From: Vicugna vicugna
Lineage: Eukaryota
DNA: 64,000 bases
Direction of reading: 5' to 3'
Assembly (NCBI GenBank): GCA_013265495.1
Contig: MU058365.1
Span: forward strand, 186,001 to 250,000
Shown piece after piece: positions 1 through 52,004 of the stretch. A program made the translations under genes and the position numbers. The notes under the pieces are model-generated. The model was not told the origin of the DNA. It made no database searches and saw nothing but the letters and a program-made list of their open reading frames with translations. How positions within the stretch are numbered: position 1 is the stretch's first letter; each line of letters begins with the position of its first letter.

Positions 1-563
1 CCTGGGTCTTATCTGTGACTGACCTTGTCCTCTTACCAATTTTTGAGCATTGTTGGAATGCCTTTAAGAAACTGGGATTTTACACTGAGAAATCTGAGGG
101 AAAACAGTATTTTGGAGATCCTCGGTTCCGCTCATCAAAGAGACCATTGGGAAATGTTGCTGGGTGGCTGGGTGGCGTTTGCTAACAGCTCAGCCCCCAC
201 CCCTGAGTCTGCTGGTTGTGCCGAGGCAGCCTGGGGTGGGGTGGGGTGGGGGAAAGGAATGTTGGCTTTGGCTGCACACAGGCCTGGGGTCTGTGGAGGC
301 CACAAGAGGCCCCTGAGCCCCAGCCTGGTGCTTCAGGCAGGCATCTGGCCTATTTCCATGAGTCTCAGTTTCCTCACTAGCCAAAGGGAAAGAGTATGAT
401 AACCTTGCAGGATTTCTTAGATGATTAAAGATAATAAAAAGGAATTATGTCCAGTGTATAGGGGTATTTAGCAAATTGGTAAATAGTAGATATCATTATT
501 TTTAGCTGGCTGATAGAATTCTGGAGGCATTTTACTTTCTTCTCTTTCTTCCCTACCATCTGA

Positions 564-41112
<40,549 letters not shown>

Positions 41113-41388
41113 CGGGAAGTGGACCACGGTGGACTCCTGGCCTGAGTCTGAGCGTCCTGCTCATGAGCTGTCTGCTTCCCTTGTCCACAGGGCTTCCGTA
41201 GCGCATGCTCTGTTCAGCTGCCACAGGAGGCAGAATGACTAGTTTGTTTGCAGCACTTTCAGCCATTTGTTTTCAGTCAGACTTCTGAAAAGTGAAAGGT
41301 CGTTTCGACTGTGAAACTGTCTCACTGTGCCCAGAATGGCGTTCAGTTTTTTCGACATAGATTTAAAAAACGTTCACTCTTGTTATAT

Positions 41389-41394
41389 AATAAA
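41389..41394 (+). terminator. TEX14: Probable TEX14 polyadenylation signal AATAAA
   Basis: First AATAAA I found after the stop, about 280 nt downstream, followed by T/GT-rich sequence. Confidence 0.7.
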
Positions 41395-42599
41395 ATGTTT
41401 CCTTTTAATAGCAGTTAGGCTTCAGCTGTAAGATGCATTTCTGTGTTATGGTTATTGGGAGAGAAACCACCACTCAAAGAGGTTTCAATTTCTGTTACAC
41501 AGTTTGACAAGTAGTCAGCTACTGCTACCCCCGTCATATCGACAGGCACCAGTAATCCATGCTTTATAACAGAAATACTGCCCCCTTTGCTGGGATTGCC
41601 ATATTCCGTTCCAGCTACGATGGGCTTACATGAGGACGGTACTGGTAGGCTTAAAAGCCCAAGGTATTCTGAACTCGTTAAGGTCAACAAACATCATCTC
41701 TGAATATTTCAGTTTGTGCATGCCACATCCTTAGTGTCTCAGAAGAATGAAACTGGTAAGGAAGATCCCAACATTTTCTCTAATTTAGCCTCTTGTGCAG
41801 TGCTAGCCAGCTGACATTTTATCAGTAAGTAAGTAGTTGGTCTTCTGTTTGTGAAAGCTGAATAGTTCCTGTTGTGGAAGTCATGTTCATGTAGTTCTTA
41901 GCTCCCCCGAGTCTTACCCTGCACAAATAAAGCAGGAAGTTACAAGCTTATCTGACCATTGTAAAGCAAGGAAACACTTGCTTGCCATTGTCCAGAGGCA
42001 GACTATGCCAGCTTGCAAATAATTCCACGTGCAAGAAGCTTACTAACATGCAGTCCTCCTGTCAAAACCTTTATTTGGTGAGACAAAACCAACACATCTA
42101 AAAATGTAAGGACTAATGGCAGACATGTCATGATAAATGGCGAGTTATGATATCATGATATGATATGAGTCAAGGCTACAGGTTCTGCACAAACTCGCAC
42201 TGATGTGCTTTGCACTCCTTTTGTCTACAGAGTAGACTCTTCTCTCTGGTCAGTGACTACGTAATATTGGCCGATGTTAACAACAGTAATAATAATAAAC
42301 ATTATAATATATTCTAATAAATAGCAATAAACATGGGTTATGGAGCACCTATTCTGTGCCAGGTACTTTATATACTGGGTATGTAAAGCATGCTGCTTTT
42401 CCTACCCTCAGCAGCTCTTAGTTCAAACTTTTATTCTTCGTTTCTTACCAGCTTTCAACAGATGATGTAATTCCAACTTTGCAGAGAAAATAGAAGCCAT
42501 CAGATGGGAACTGGCTTGGCTTCCCACCACCAAAACTACTAGCAAGACGGCATCTGTCTCTGTGACTAGAACAGCTGCGGGTACAGCAGTCCACCCTAA

Positions 42600-43760
42600 A
42601 CTCGGGGTGGCCCTCTCTCTGCTTTCCTCCCTGTGACACTGAAGGAGGTGTCTCTCTTCCTGTCCAAGGCCAGCCTCATCTGCTGTCTGTTCAGAGTTAC
42701 CCTCAGGTTACCCTCTCCCTTGTCAGTAGCTTTAGCCCCTTCCTTATTAGCTTCTTTGGATCACTTGACACACTGGAATTTTTCCCGTCTTTAAAAGTAT
42801 CCCCTGGATCCCGCGTCCCTTTCCGGCCACTGTCCCACCTCTTTTCTCGCACTGCGGTTGGAGTTCTTAGAAGAGTTGTCTACACCTGCTGTCTTCAGCG
42901 CCTCACCTCCAGTCACTCTTCACCCCACTATAATCTGAATTCTGCTCCTTCCATTCCCTAGCAGTCCTGAGGTTACTGATGACTTCCATGTTCCTAAACC
43001 CCAGGGACACTCTTCCTGCCTCTTGACCCAGTTTGCTCTCTCAGACTATTATTCCCTGGGCTCCCTGACGTGACAGTCTGGTTTTCCTTCCGTCGCTCTG
43101 GCTACTCCATCTCAACCTCCTCTGGGGCTCTGCCTCTACCTTTTCTTACTCCAGGCTTTTCTCTTAAGAGAATTTGCACACACACCCCCACCGCATTGCT
43201 TCACTTAGCCTCTGCATGCTGACAGCTTCCAGATTTGTATTGTGGTCTAGGACCAGACTTCTCTGAGCTCACATATCTACCCATATTGTCAGTGTCTCCA
43301 CTAGGGTTTCTTTCATGTGTCTTACTGATAATGAGACAGGAGGGAAGGGGTCAGGGCACAAACATTGAAGGAATGACACAATATGAGGATAGCACAAACT
43401 GGGTAGAACCAAGATGGCAGAAGTTTGCCTTCTAGTGGATCTTGAGCTTCAACAATAATAACCCAAAACTGAACCCATGGTCTTAATCACAAACCTCCTC
43501 CATCTCCAGAATTCCCCTTTCAACTGATGGTATTGCTATCCACTGAGCCACTCATATCAGAAACCCAGGAGCCATCCTTGACTCCTCTTCTTTATTCCTC
43601 ACATCAAAATATCAATCACTAAGACTTGTTTCAACCTCCAAAACATACGTCCCTTAGACCCACTTCTCTGTATCTCTGCTGCCACTACCCTCATCCAACA
43701 TCTAGTAGCTCTCACTTGGGCCATTGTAACAGCCTCCTTGAGTGGCCTCTTGCATCCAGT
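42600..43760. mobile_element. Degraded L2 LINE
   Basis: Pyrimidine-rich L2-like motifs (ccagacttctctgagctc, gccatccttgactcctc, ccactaccct); boundaries approximate. Confidence 0.55.
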
Positions 43761-45279
43761 CTCACATTCAACAAATATTTTTTGAAAGACTCCCCTGTGC
43801 CAGGCAGCACCTCCAGTGCTGGTGAAATAGTGAACAAAGCAGAAATCCTACTCTCCTTGAGTCTCCAGTCATCAAATGAATAAAGAGATAATATTAGTAG
43901 TGGTAAGTGTTGTGGAGAAAAATCAGTTAAAGTGATAATGATTGCACAGAGGAGGGGGTACTTAACATTAGACAGGATATTCAAGGGAAGGCTGCTCTGA
44001 AGAAGTGACCTTTAGCTTCGACTGGAATGAAGAAAAGGAGCCAGTTTTTGTGACTCTGGACAATGAGCATTCTAGCAAGGAAAAAAGCAAGTGCAAAGGC
44101 CCCATGGGAAGCACCACGCTGCAGCAACAAAAGGCCAGGGTGTTTGAACAAAGTTAAGTTGTGGGGAGGGTGATAGAAAGCTAAAAAGTGGGAATCCAGT
44201 GGGTGGTGCTAAGCAAAGGGGCAGAGAGTAGGGTGAAACTGATTTACCTTTTTAAAGAATTTCTTTGATATTCTTGCTCCTGTCTAATTTTTTTTTCTCC
44301 ACAATGATCTTTTTGATGATACAGAAGTCATCATTTCATTATCCTGCTCAGATATCTGCTCATGGGTTTTAGGAATACTGAGCTTGTCTCAGCTCTTCTA
44401 GACACATCACAGCACATGCTGCTCTCCCTGCCAGCATGCTACTTCTCGCCACCTGGCTGCCTTGCTGTTCAGGCAGAGTATAAAGCTGCAATGATTAACA
44501 GTGTGGTGTTGGCTTGGGACTGGAAAGATTTATAGAACATAATAGTCTAAAAATGGTGATACCAAGGCATAAAGTTTGGGAATTTAGAATATGAGGTAAC
44601 ATATGTCAAATTAGATTATTTAACAAATTGTGTTGGGATAGTTGGAAAAACACAAAAGCTGAGTCCTTGTACCAGAAAAAAAAGGTGAATCAAAAATTAA
44701 AAAATAAATACATAAAAGGTAAGAAAATATAGGTGGCTGTTTTATAATCTTGGAGTAGAGAAAGCTTTTCTAAGCTATAACTTCAAAGTGAGAAGAGATG
44801 GATGGATTTTAGTATATAAAAATGTAGAACTGCTTTACTACAAATGCCTGAACAAGGATAAAGTCAACAGACTGGGTGGAAATAATTGCAGTCTGTTAGA
44901 TAAACACAAGGTTTATGTCCCTAGTGTATACTAAATGTTCTAATAACCAGTGAGGAAAAGACATACGCCTTAAAAGGAATATGGTCAAAGAACAGTTCAC
45001 AAAAGAAGCAATACAGATGGCCAATTAGTATATTAAAAGATGTTCCATTTCACTGGTAACCAAAGAAATGCAAATTAAAACAAGATACTGTTTTGGACTT
45101 AATGGATCCTAAAGAGGAAAAACATGGATTCCAATACTCAAGGCTGGTGAGAGTGTGGGGAAGCAGAAATCTTCATTTGCTGTGTTAGCGGTAGAAACTG
45201 GCACCGCTATTCTAGAGGGATATTTGTCAGTACGTATTTTAAATGTTAGCATTTGTTGACCCAGAAATTCCATTTAGAC

Positions 45280-45641
45280 CAGTTGTTCATAACAGATTTC
45301 ATTGTGCATATGAATCACCTGGAGATTTTTTTAAAACTGATTCTGACTTAGGAGGTCTGGGGTGGGGCCCCGGCTTCTGCATTTTCAGTCAGCTCCCAGG
45401 TGCTGCTGGTGCTCTGGGTTCAACTACCACACTCTGAATAGAGAGGACACAGAAGACTTCCTCCTTAAGCAGTTGGTTTTCCACCCTGTCTGCACACCAG
45501 AACTACTGGAGGAGTTTTTTTAAAGGTGCTATGCTCAGGCCCCACCTCCAAATTATCTGATTTTTTTGGTCTAGGGTGGAGCATGGGCTTTAAAAGCTCT
45601 GCAGGTGATTCTAATGTGCAGCTGGCGTTGAGGACTGCTGT
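45280..45641. mobile_element. Two adjacent MER5A-like relics
   Basis: gaatcacctgg...ggtctggggtggggccc and caggtgattctaatgtgcag motifs. Confidence 0.6.
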
Positions 45642-45776
45642 CCTAAGGATACAATTGGACTACACACAAAGATGTATTTACATAAAGGATGTTTACTGCA
45701 ACATTGTTTATAATATGGAAAAATTGGAAATAACCTATATGTCCAGCCATAAAGTACTGGTTTTAAAATTAATGAA

Positions 45777-47809
45777 ACAGAGAGGGTTCTGGGAAGATGG
45801 GCCAGCAGGAAGCACCACAGATCTGTCTCCCCACCTAGACAGCAGTTGTATTGGCAGAACTTGTCTGATGTAATGATTTTGAGACTCTTGAAGGCTTGTA
45901 ACTTCTAGGGGAGGGCTTGGATGGTAATTGCGTTTAGGTTTGGTCAGTTTTAGCTCTCAGTACAGTAGCAGATACCCATCCCTCACCCCCAGCTGTGTGG
46001 CAGGCAGCTGTGCACGTGTTCCTGGAGCAGCTTGCACACAGTTTATGCTAGGCAGTATGGGCAAAAAGACCTAGTTTTCCAAATACCAGGGATCTGCACT
46101 CTGATCACTGATTGCTCCTTCTGACCACAGGGCTGCAGACAAAGCAGTGCGCCGTGAAACACTTACACTATAAAACTACAAAACATTGCTGAAAGAAATT
46201 AAAGAAGACAAATAAATGGAAACACATCCCATGTTCATGTAATGGAAGACATAATATTGTTAACATGTCAGTACCACCCAAAGAGATCTACAGATAAGTG
46301 CAATCCCTGTCAAAACCCCAATCCTATAATTTATATAAAATCTCAGTGGGTCCTGAGGAGCCAAAACCATCTTGCAAAAGAAGAACAGAACTGGAATTTT
46401 TTCCAGAAACAAACTCTCATATATATGGTCAAATAATTTTTGACAAGTGTGCCGAGACCATGGGGGAAGGACGGTCTTTTCAACAAATGATGTTGGGAAA
46501 ACTGGAAAAAAATGACATTGGACCCTTGTATAACACCATATACAAAAATTAACTTGAAGTGGATCAAAGACCTAAATGCAAAACTGAAAACAATAAAACT
46601 TTTATATGAAAATACAGGATAAAAAGCTCTATGACATTGGATTTAGCAATGATTTCTTGGATGCCGCACCAAAGGCACAGGCAACAAAAGAAAAAATAGA
46701 CATGTTGGACTTAATGAAAATTCAAAATTTCACTGTCTACAAAGAAAAGAGGCAACCCATAGAATGGGAGAGAGATTTGCAAATCATGTATCTGGTCAGG
46801 GAATAATATACAGAATATATAGCCAACTCCTAAAACTCAACAACAGCAACAAAAAATCCAATTCAAAATTAGGCAAAGGACTTGACTAGACATTTCTCCA
46901 AAGAAGATAAATAAATGGCTAACAAGCGCATGAAAGACACTCCATCACTAATCATCAGGGAAATACAAATGAAAACGATGGTGCGATACCATCTCAGACT
47001 CATTAAGATGGCTACTATCAAGAAGCAGAAGACAAGTGTTGGTGAGGATGTGGAGAAGTTGGAACCCTTGTGCACTGTTGATGGGAGTATTCAGTCCTAT
47101 GTAAAACAGTGTGGCGGTTCCTCAAAAAGTAAAAAATAAAATTACCATGTGACCCAGCAATTCCACTTCTGAGTATATAGCCCCAAACTGAAAGTACAGT
47201 CTTCAAGAGATATTTGTACACCCATGTTCATAGCAACATTATAGCTAAAACGTGGGAGCAACCCAGGTGCCATCAGCAGATGAATGGATAAGCTACATAT
47301 GGTGTATACATACGCTGGAATGTTATTCAGCTTTAAAAAGGAAAGAAATTCTGCAATATGCTATGACGTGAATGAACCTTGAGGGCATTGTGGTAAGTGA
47401 AATAAGCCATTCACAAAAAGACAATACTGTGTGATTCCACCTATATGAGGTACTTAGAGTAATCAAAGTCATTAAGACAGAAAGTATAATGGTGGCTGTA
47501 GTGGCTAGGGGTGCGTAGAATGGGGAGTTATTGTTTAGTGTGTACAGAGGCTTTGTTTGGGGTGATGAAAAAGCTCTGGTGGATGGTGGTGATGGCTGCA
47601 CAACATTGGTAATGTACTCAATGCCAATCACTGTACATTTTAAAGTGGTCAAAGTGGTAAACTTACAAGATGAAAAGAGTTACGGGGATGGGTAATGGTG
47701 ATGATTTTACAACAATGTGAGTATACTTAATATCACTGAACTATACACTTAAAAATGGTTAAGATGGTAAGTGTTATGCTGTGTGTATCTTACCACAGTA
47801 AATTTTTAA
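45777..47809 (+). mobile_element. Internally deleted L1 (5'UTR-like segment fused to late ORF2 and 3'UTR), nested in older L1 sequence
   Basis: ORF2-like peptides (SLIIREIQMKTMVRYHL, IYGQIIFDK); candidate TSD aaaatta(a/t)tgaa at 45765 and 47810. Confidence 0.75.
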
Positions 47810-48579
47810 AAAATTATTGAACAACCGTAAGTGGACTAATTAGAAATTGTCATAACTATAGATTTATTGACACAGAAAAGTGTCCATAACATATCATGGA
47901 ATAATGCTAGTAGGTATAATAGGACCCCATTTATATATATTTATAGTGAATGTCTACATGTGGTAAATGCATTGAGACACATCTGGAAAGATGCTTATTA
48001 AAATAGTAAAGTGGTCCTTCCAGGGGATTTCAACTTTTATAATTCTCTGTAAAGCTGTTTTCATTTTGGAGAATAATAGAAAGGCTTTGGGAATACTTAG
48101 AATTAAAATCAGTGAGAGGCAGGACCAGAATGTCATTATAATTAAATAACCATAAACTTAATTAATTTTATTGTAACTCACTTGAAGAAAAACTGTTTAA
48201 CAGAAAGGAAAGATGAGTGTGAAGCACAGGAAAGTGAAGCTTTAGCGACCAGACACTGGGGATGCCCAGTTAAAGCATTGTGAGTAGGTGCACGAGGGTC
48301 CACCTAGTGCTCAGGTGTGGCAAGTGTTGCCCTCTTGTGGATCATCATGCTAACTTCTTGATCCAAGTCCATGTTCACCAAGCAACTTTTGTTCCTCTTA
48401 AAGTTGGTGTATAGGGAGAGAATGACCTGGCTTTACAGTCAGCTCAACAGTTGTGTGTCTCAAAGTATATCAGTATAAGTTACTATTCTGTTTTATATAT
48501 TGGGCTCTGTGCTTGGTTAATGAGAATATATACTAGAGAAATGAATCCTATATAATCTACTGATGCATGAGATATCACC

Positions 48580-49010
48580 TCCAAACCTTAGTGACTTAAA
48601 ACAACTGTTTATTATCTCTAACAGTTTTGTGTGTTGGGAATCTGGCAGTGGCTCAGCTGGGAAGTTGTGGCTCGGGGCCTTTCATGGGGCTGCAGTCTGA
48701 TGCCTTTCCATGCTGACTCACTCACATGGCTGGCAGATTGGTCTTGGATGCTGACTAGGGATCTCAGCTCCTCTCCACATGGGTCTCCCCCCACATGACA
48801 GCTGGCTTCCCCCAGACTGAGCAATCAAAAGACCAAGGTGAAAGTTACAATGTCATTATGACCTAGCCTCAGAAATCATGTATCATCATTTCTGCTATAT
48901 TTTAATGGTCACAGAGGGCAAACCCTGATTCAGAATGAGGAGGAACTACACAAAGGCATGAGTACTGGAAGGCGAGGCTCATTGGGGACCATCTTGGAGA
49001 CTGGCTACCC
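48580..49010. mobile_element. MLT1-like MaLR LTR relic
   Basis: ccaaaccttagtgacttaaaacaac...ggggaccatcttggagactggctac motifs; boundaries approximate. Confidence 0.55.
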
Positions 49011-49749
49011 CGGAACCCATCAACCACGTGGCCATTCCTGGCACACTCACTGCGTGCCTTTCATTCAGAATAAAGCAGTACACTATAGCTTTTACGTCTG
49101 TCATCCCCTTTTATCTTCATCACAACCCTATTGATAGGGAGAGCAAGAAAAGTGAGGGTCATTCTCAATGAACCCATCTGTGTCTCAGGCTAATAGAGTT
49201 AGATTATTTGTGAGGAGGAAAATTTCAAGATTCTGTGTTGTGTTTTGCAGCATTTCTGCTACAAATCACCCTTCATGTTTACTTGTACTGAATAATGAAA
49301 GGAAAATATTGATTTCTCCAACATTAAGAAAATATAAAAAATTATTCAAACAACCAAGATGGTTTTAATAAGATCAGAAGAGATCGATTCATTAATGGTG
49401 ATAACACAATTAATGTTACATTTGATGGGAAAATTCAAACTCTAAATTTGTAAAGAAAAATATAATCTTCCTAGACAAGCAAATGAACATGATAGTCTCA
49501 TGGCTAAAGGCTATGTATCAGCAAACCAGGTCTTTGAAAAATAGAATCTCATAAGAAAGTTTTGCTCAAGTCAGCCAGTCTCAATTTTATGATAACAAGA
49601 TATCAAATAAGCATAAACCAATAACTTATCTGCACTTCAGTGAGGCTTACCCTTAGTGTCCTCAAGATACTTGACTTGTAAATGCTCTTCCATTTTTATT
49701 CTTTGCTATAAAACAAGATATAATGGCTAGCCAAATGTTTTATATCCTT

Positions 49750-50875
49750 TTTTTAATTTGATATCTTTAGAGAAAATATAAAGCAAGACAAACTAATATC
49801 AAAAGAAAAAGAATGATGAAGCCATAGTAATTCACATCTGCCTTTGTCTTTTCATTAAGAGTAAACGGGGAAATTGTAAACCAGGATCCTTTAGAACTTT
49901 CTAATTCTGTGACTTCCATACCAGTCGCAGAAGTCTATGTGCACCAAAGTGGAGATCTTGACTTGCTGAATGTATCTGAACTGGTAAAATATTGATAGAC
50001 TTCCTAAGATGAATTTGGGAATTGTATACAGCTGGATTTTTGTGGAGAACTTTTTACTTCAGTTCTTGAGATCCACAGTATATTGCTTTCCTGTGCTGTT
50101 TCATTGTCAAGCAGTCCAATAAGCTCCTCCTCTTTTTGTACTTTTCTCCACGTTGCAGAGGACTCGGCACTTCTCTCACTGTGGACTTTTTTTCTATTAA
50201 CCTATTTTGCATTTGATTAACTCGCTTTGTTGCAGCCTTTCATGAATCAATTTTTTGATTGTTTGGAGTAGGCACATTTACTCTCTCCTTTAGTGGAAAA
50301 TTCCAGCGGTCTTAAAGTTACTCCACCTGGGTTCAGAATTTTCTTGTGTACTTGACGGTTTGGCTTTTCATCGTGTGCTGAATTTTGAGTGTGTGCCGAA
50401 CACTGGGCTATTTCACCTACTCCTTTGTGGGCAACCAAGCCAGTAAACTCCATGTCCCATTATGGCCTTTTCTAGGATTTTCCAGGTATTGTTTGTAGTT
50501 CCCACTGGGACGGTATTAGTAGGAATCCATAATCTACAAGATAAACCCCATCTGGTTTCTGTGATGCAAAAATAGATTCACTACTCCTGTATCACCGTGA
50601 ACATATTTATTTTCATGTATATATTCCAGTACATCTAATATTCAGATTCCTAGCTGCAGGACAGTTGCCTTTTTGGTCTGAGAGCTTCTATAAATCTATT
50701 CCTAGTCTTTCCATTACCATCTCACTCTGATGCAGCTCCTCCCCGGGCCTGGAGTGCAGGTGCAGAGCCGGCCAGAAGCACCGGGTCCAGCAGCCACCCC
50801 CGGGACCCAGGAGCGAGAGGAGACTAAGGGAGGCCCTCGGGTCCCTGCCTCCAGGGGCCTGAGGGCCCAAGGGCC
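49750..50875 (-). pseudogene. VRK2: Processed pseudogene (retrocopy) of VRK2
   Basis: Minus strand reads MVMERLGIDL*K...LEYIHENKYVHGD...YLVDYG...ENPRKGHNG...HKGVGEIAQ...DEKPN...LEFSTKG...KAATK...[17 protein letters not shown]. It is intronless with stops and frameshifts, has a GC-rich 5' leader and a short A-tail, and is flanked by a 15-bp TSD (49735-49749 / 50876-50890, 13/15 identical). Confidence 0.93.
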
Positions 50876-51755
50876 ATATTTTATATTCTTAAGACCCGAA
50901 TCAGTAGCTCAAAATTTCTCAATCTATTGAGATTTCTGATACATTAAAATGTGGGTTTGTTTAAGTTTTTAACTTTCTCTCTAATCAAAGCTGAATATAA
51001 AGATCCAGAAACAATGAATCTGACCATCCTATAACTGCCATGACCCTTCAGAGTCAAAAGTGGAATTCTGGATGTGGTAGGGTCTGTGTCAGAGAGCAAG
51101 AGAGAGAACCAGCATGTGAAAGGGAGAGAAAGATGACTGCCTCTCTCTTACCCAGAATGTCATCCAAGCTGGAAAGTCATTCTTCAAATCAAGAAGGAAC
51201 CAGAGTCCAGCGCATCAGGAAAGCTGACAGGAGAGGATCGTGAGAAAGGACACTAACATTTATTGTGACACGCACCTACCAGGCAATGGTTTCCAGATGA
51301 AGAAACCAAGTCTCAGGCAAGTCAAGTAACTTGTACAAGGTACACAGTAACCGTTTGTGACTGAAACCAGTGACCAACTCCAAAACTCTTCTCCAATCCT
51401 GCACTCACTCCACTCCTGGGCCAAGAATGTGAGAATTTATGATTTGAGTAACCTGGGATTTTCACCCCAGGGTCAACCAAACCACTTGTGAAACCTGCAA
51501 AAAGCTGGAGCTCTTATTTTGTGACTTGTGTACAGTGCAGTTCCAAACCAAATTGAGACAACTTTGCACCGTGCACTTTATTAAAATGGGCTAACGCAGT
51601 GTGAATGATTTGAGCAGCCGTGCCTTAGGATATTCAGGCTGATTCCTTGTCTCTGGATGAGTCTCTGAGAATTCCTGGAATCTGCAGAGAATAAGGGAGC
51701 CTCCCTTATACACTAGGAAACCCTGGTTTTGCTAAGAACTTGGTCAAAGCTTTGG

Positions 51756-51873
51756 TGGCGTCAACTCCAAAGACAAATCCACAGCTTCCTTGCAGTTACT
51801 GCTTGAGATTCTCTGGAGAATTGTGGCTGTATGCCAGGATGTTTAATAGGAGGCTCCTTCCTTTATGACATCA
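51756..51873 (+). promoter_or_regulatory. Putative germ-cell promoter elements upstream of the C17orf47/SEPTIN4 long first exon
   Basis: CRE-like TGGCGTCA (51756-51763) and TGACATCA (51866-51873), 130-250 nt upstream of the ATG; function is inferred. Confidence 0.35.
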
Positions 51874-52004
51874 CCAGGCAGGTAACTAAGGGGACTGTTA
51901 GAACAACAGCCACTTTTGTGGGAGTGCAAGAACAGCAGCTCTTAAAACTGAGGGTAAATATTCAGGCTTCACTAGGACCCTGAATACAAGCCAGCCGGTA
52001 AAAT

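Noticed and set aside
49695..49700. Minus-strand AATAAA as the retrocopy poly(A) signal
   Set aside because: It lies outside the TSD-defined boundary at 49735-49749
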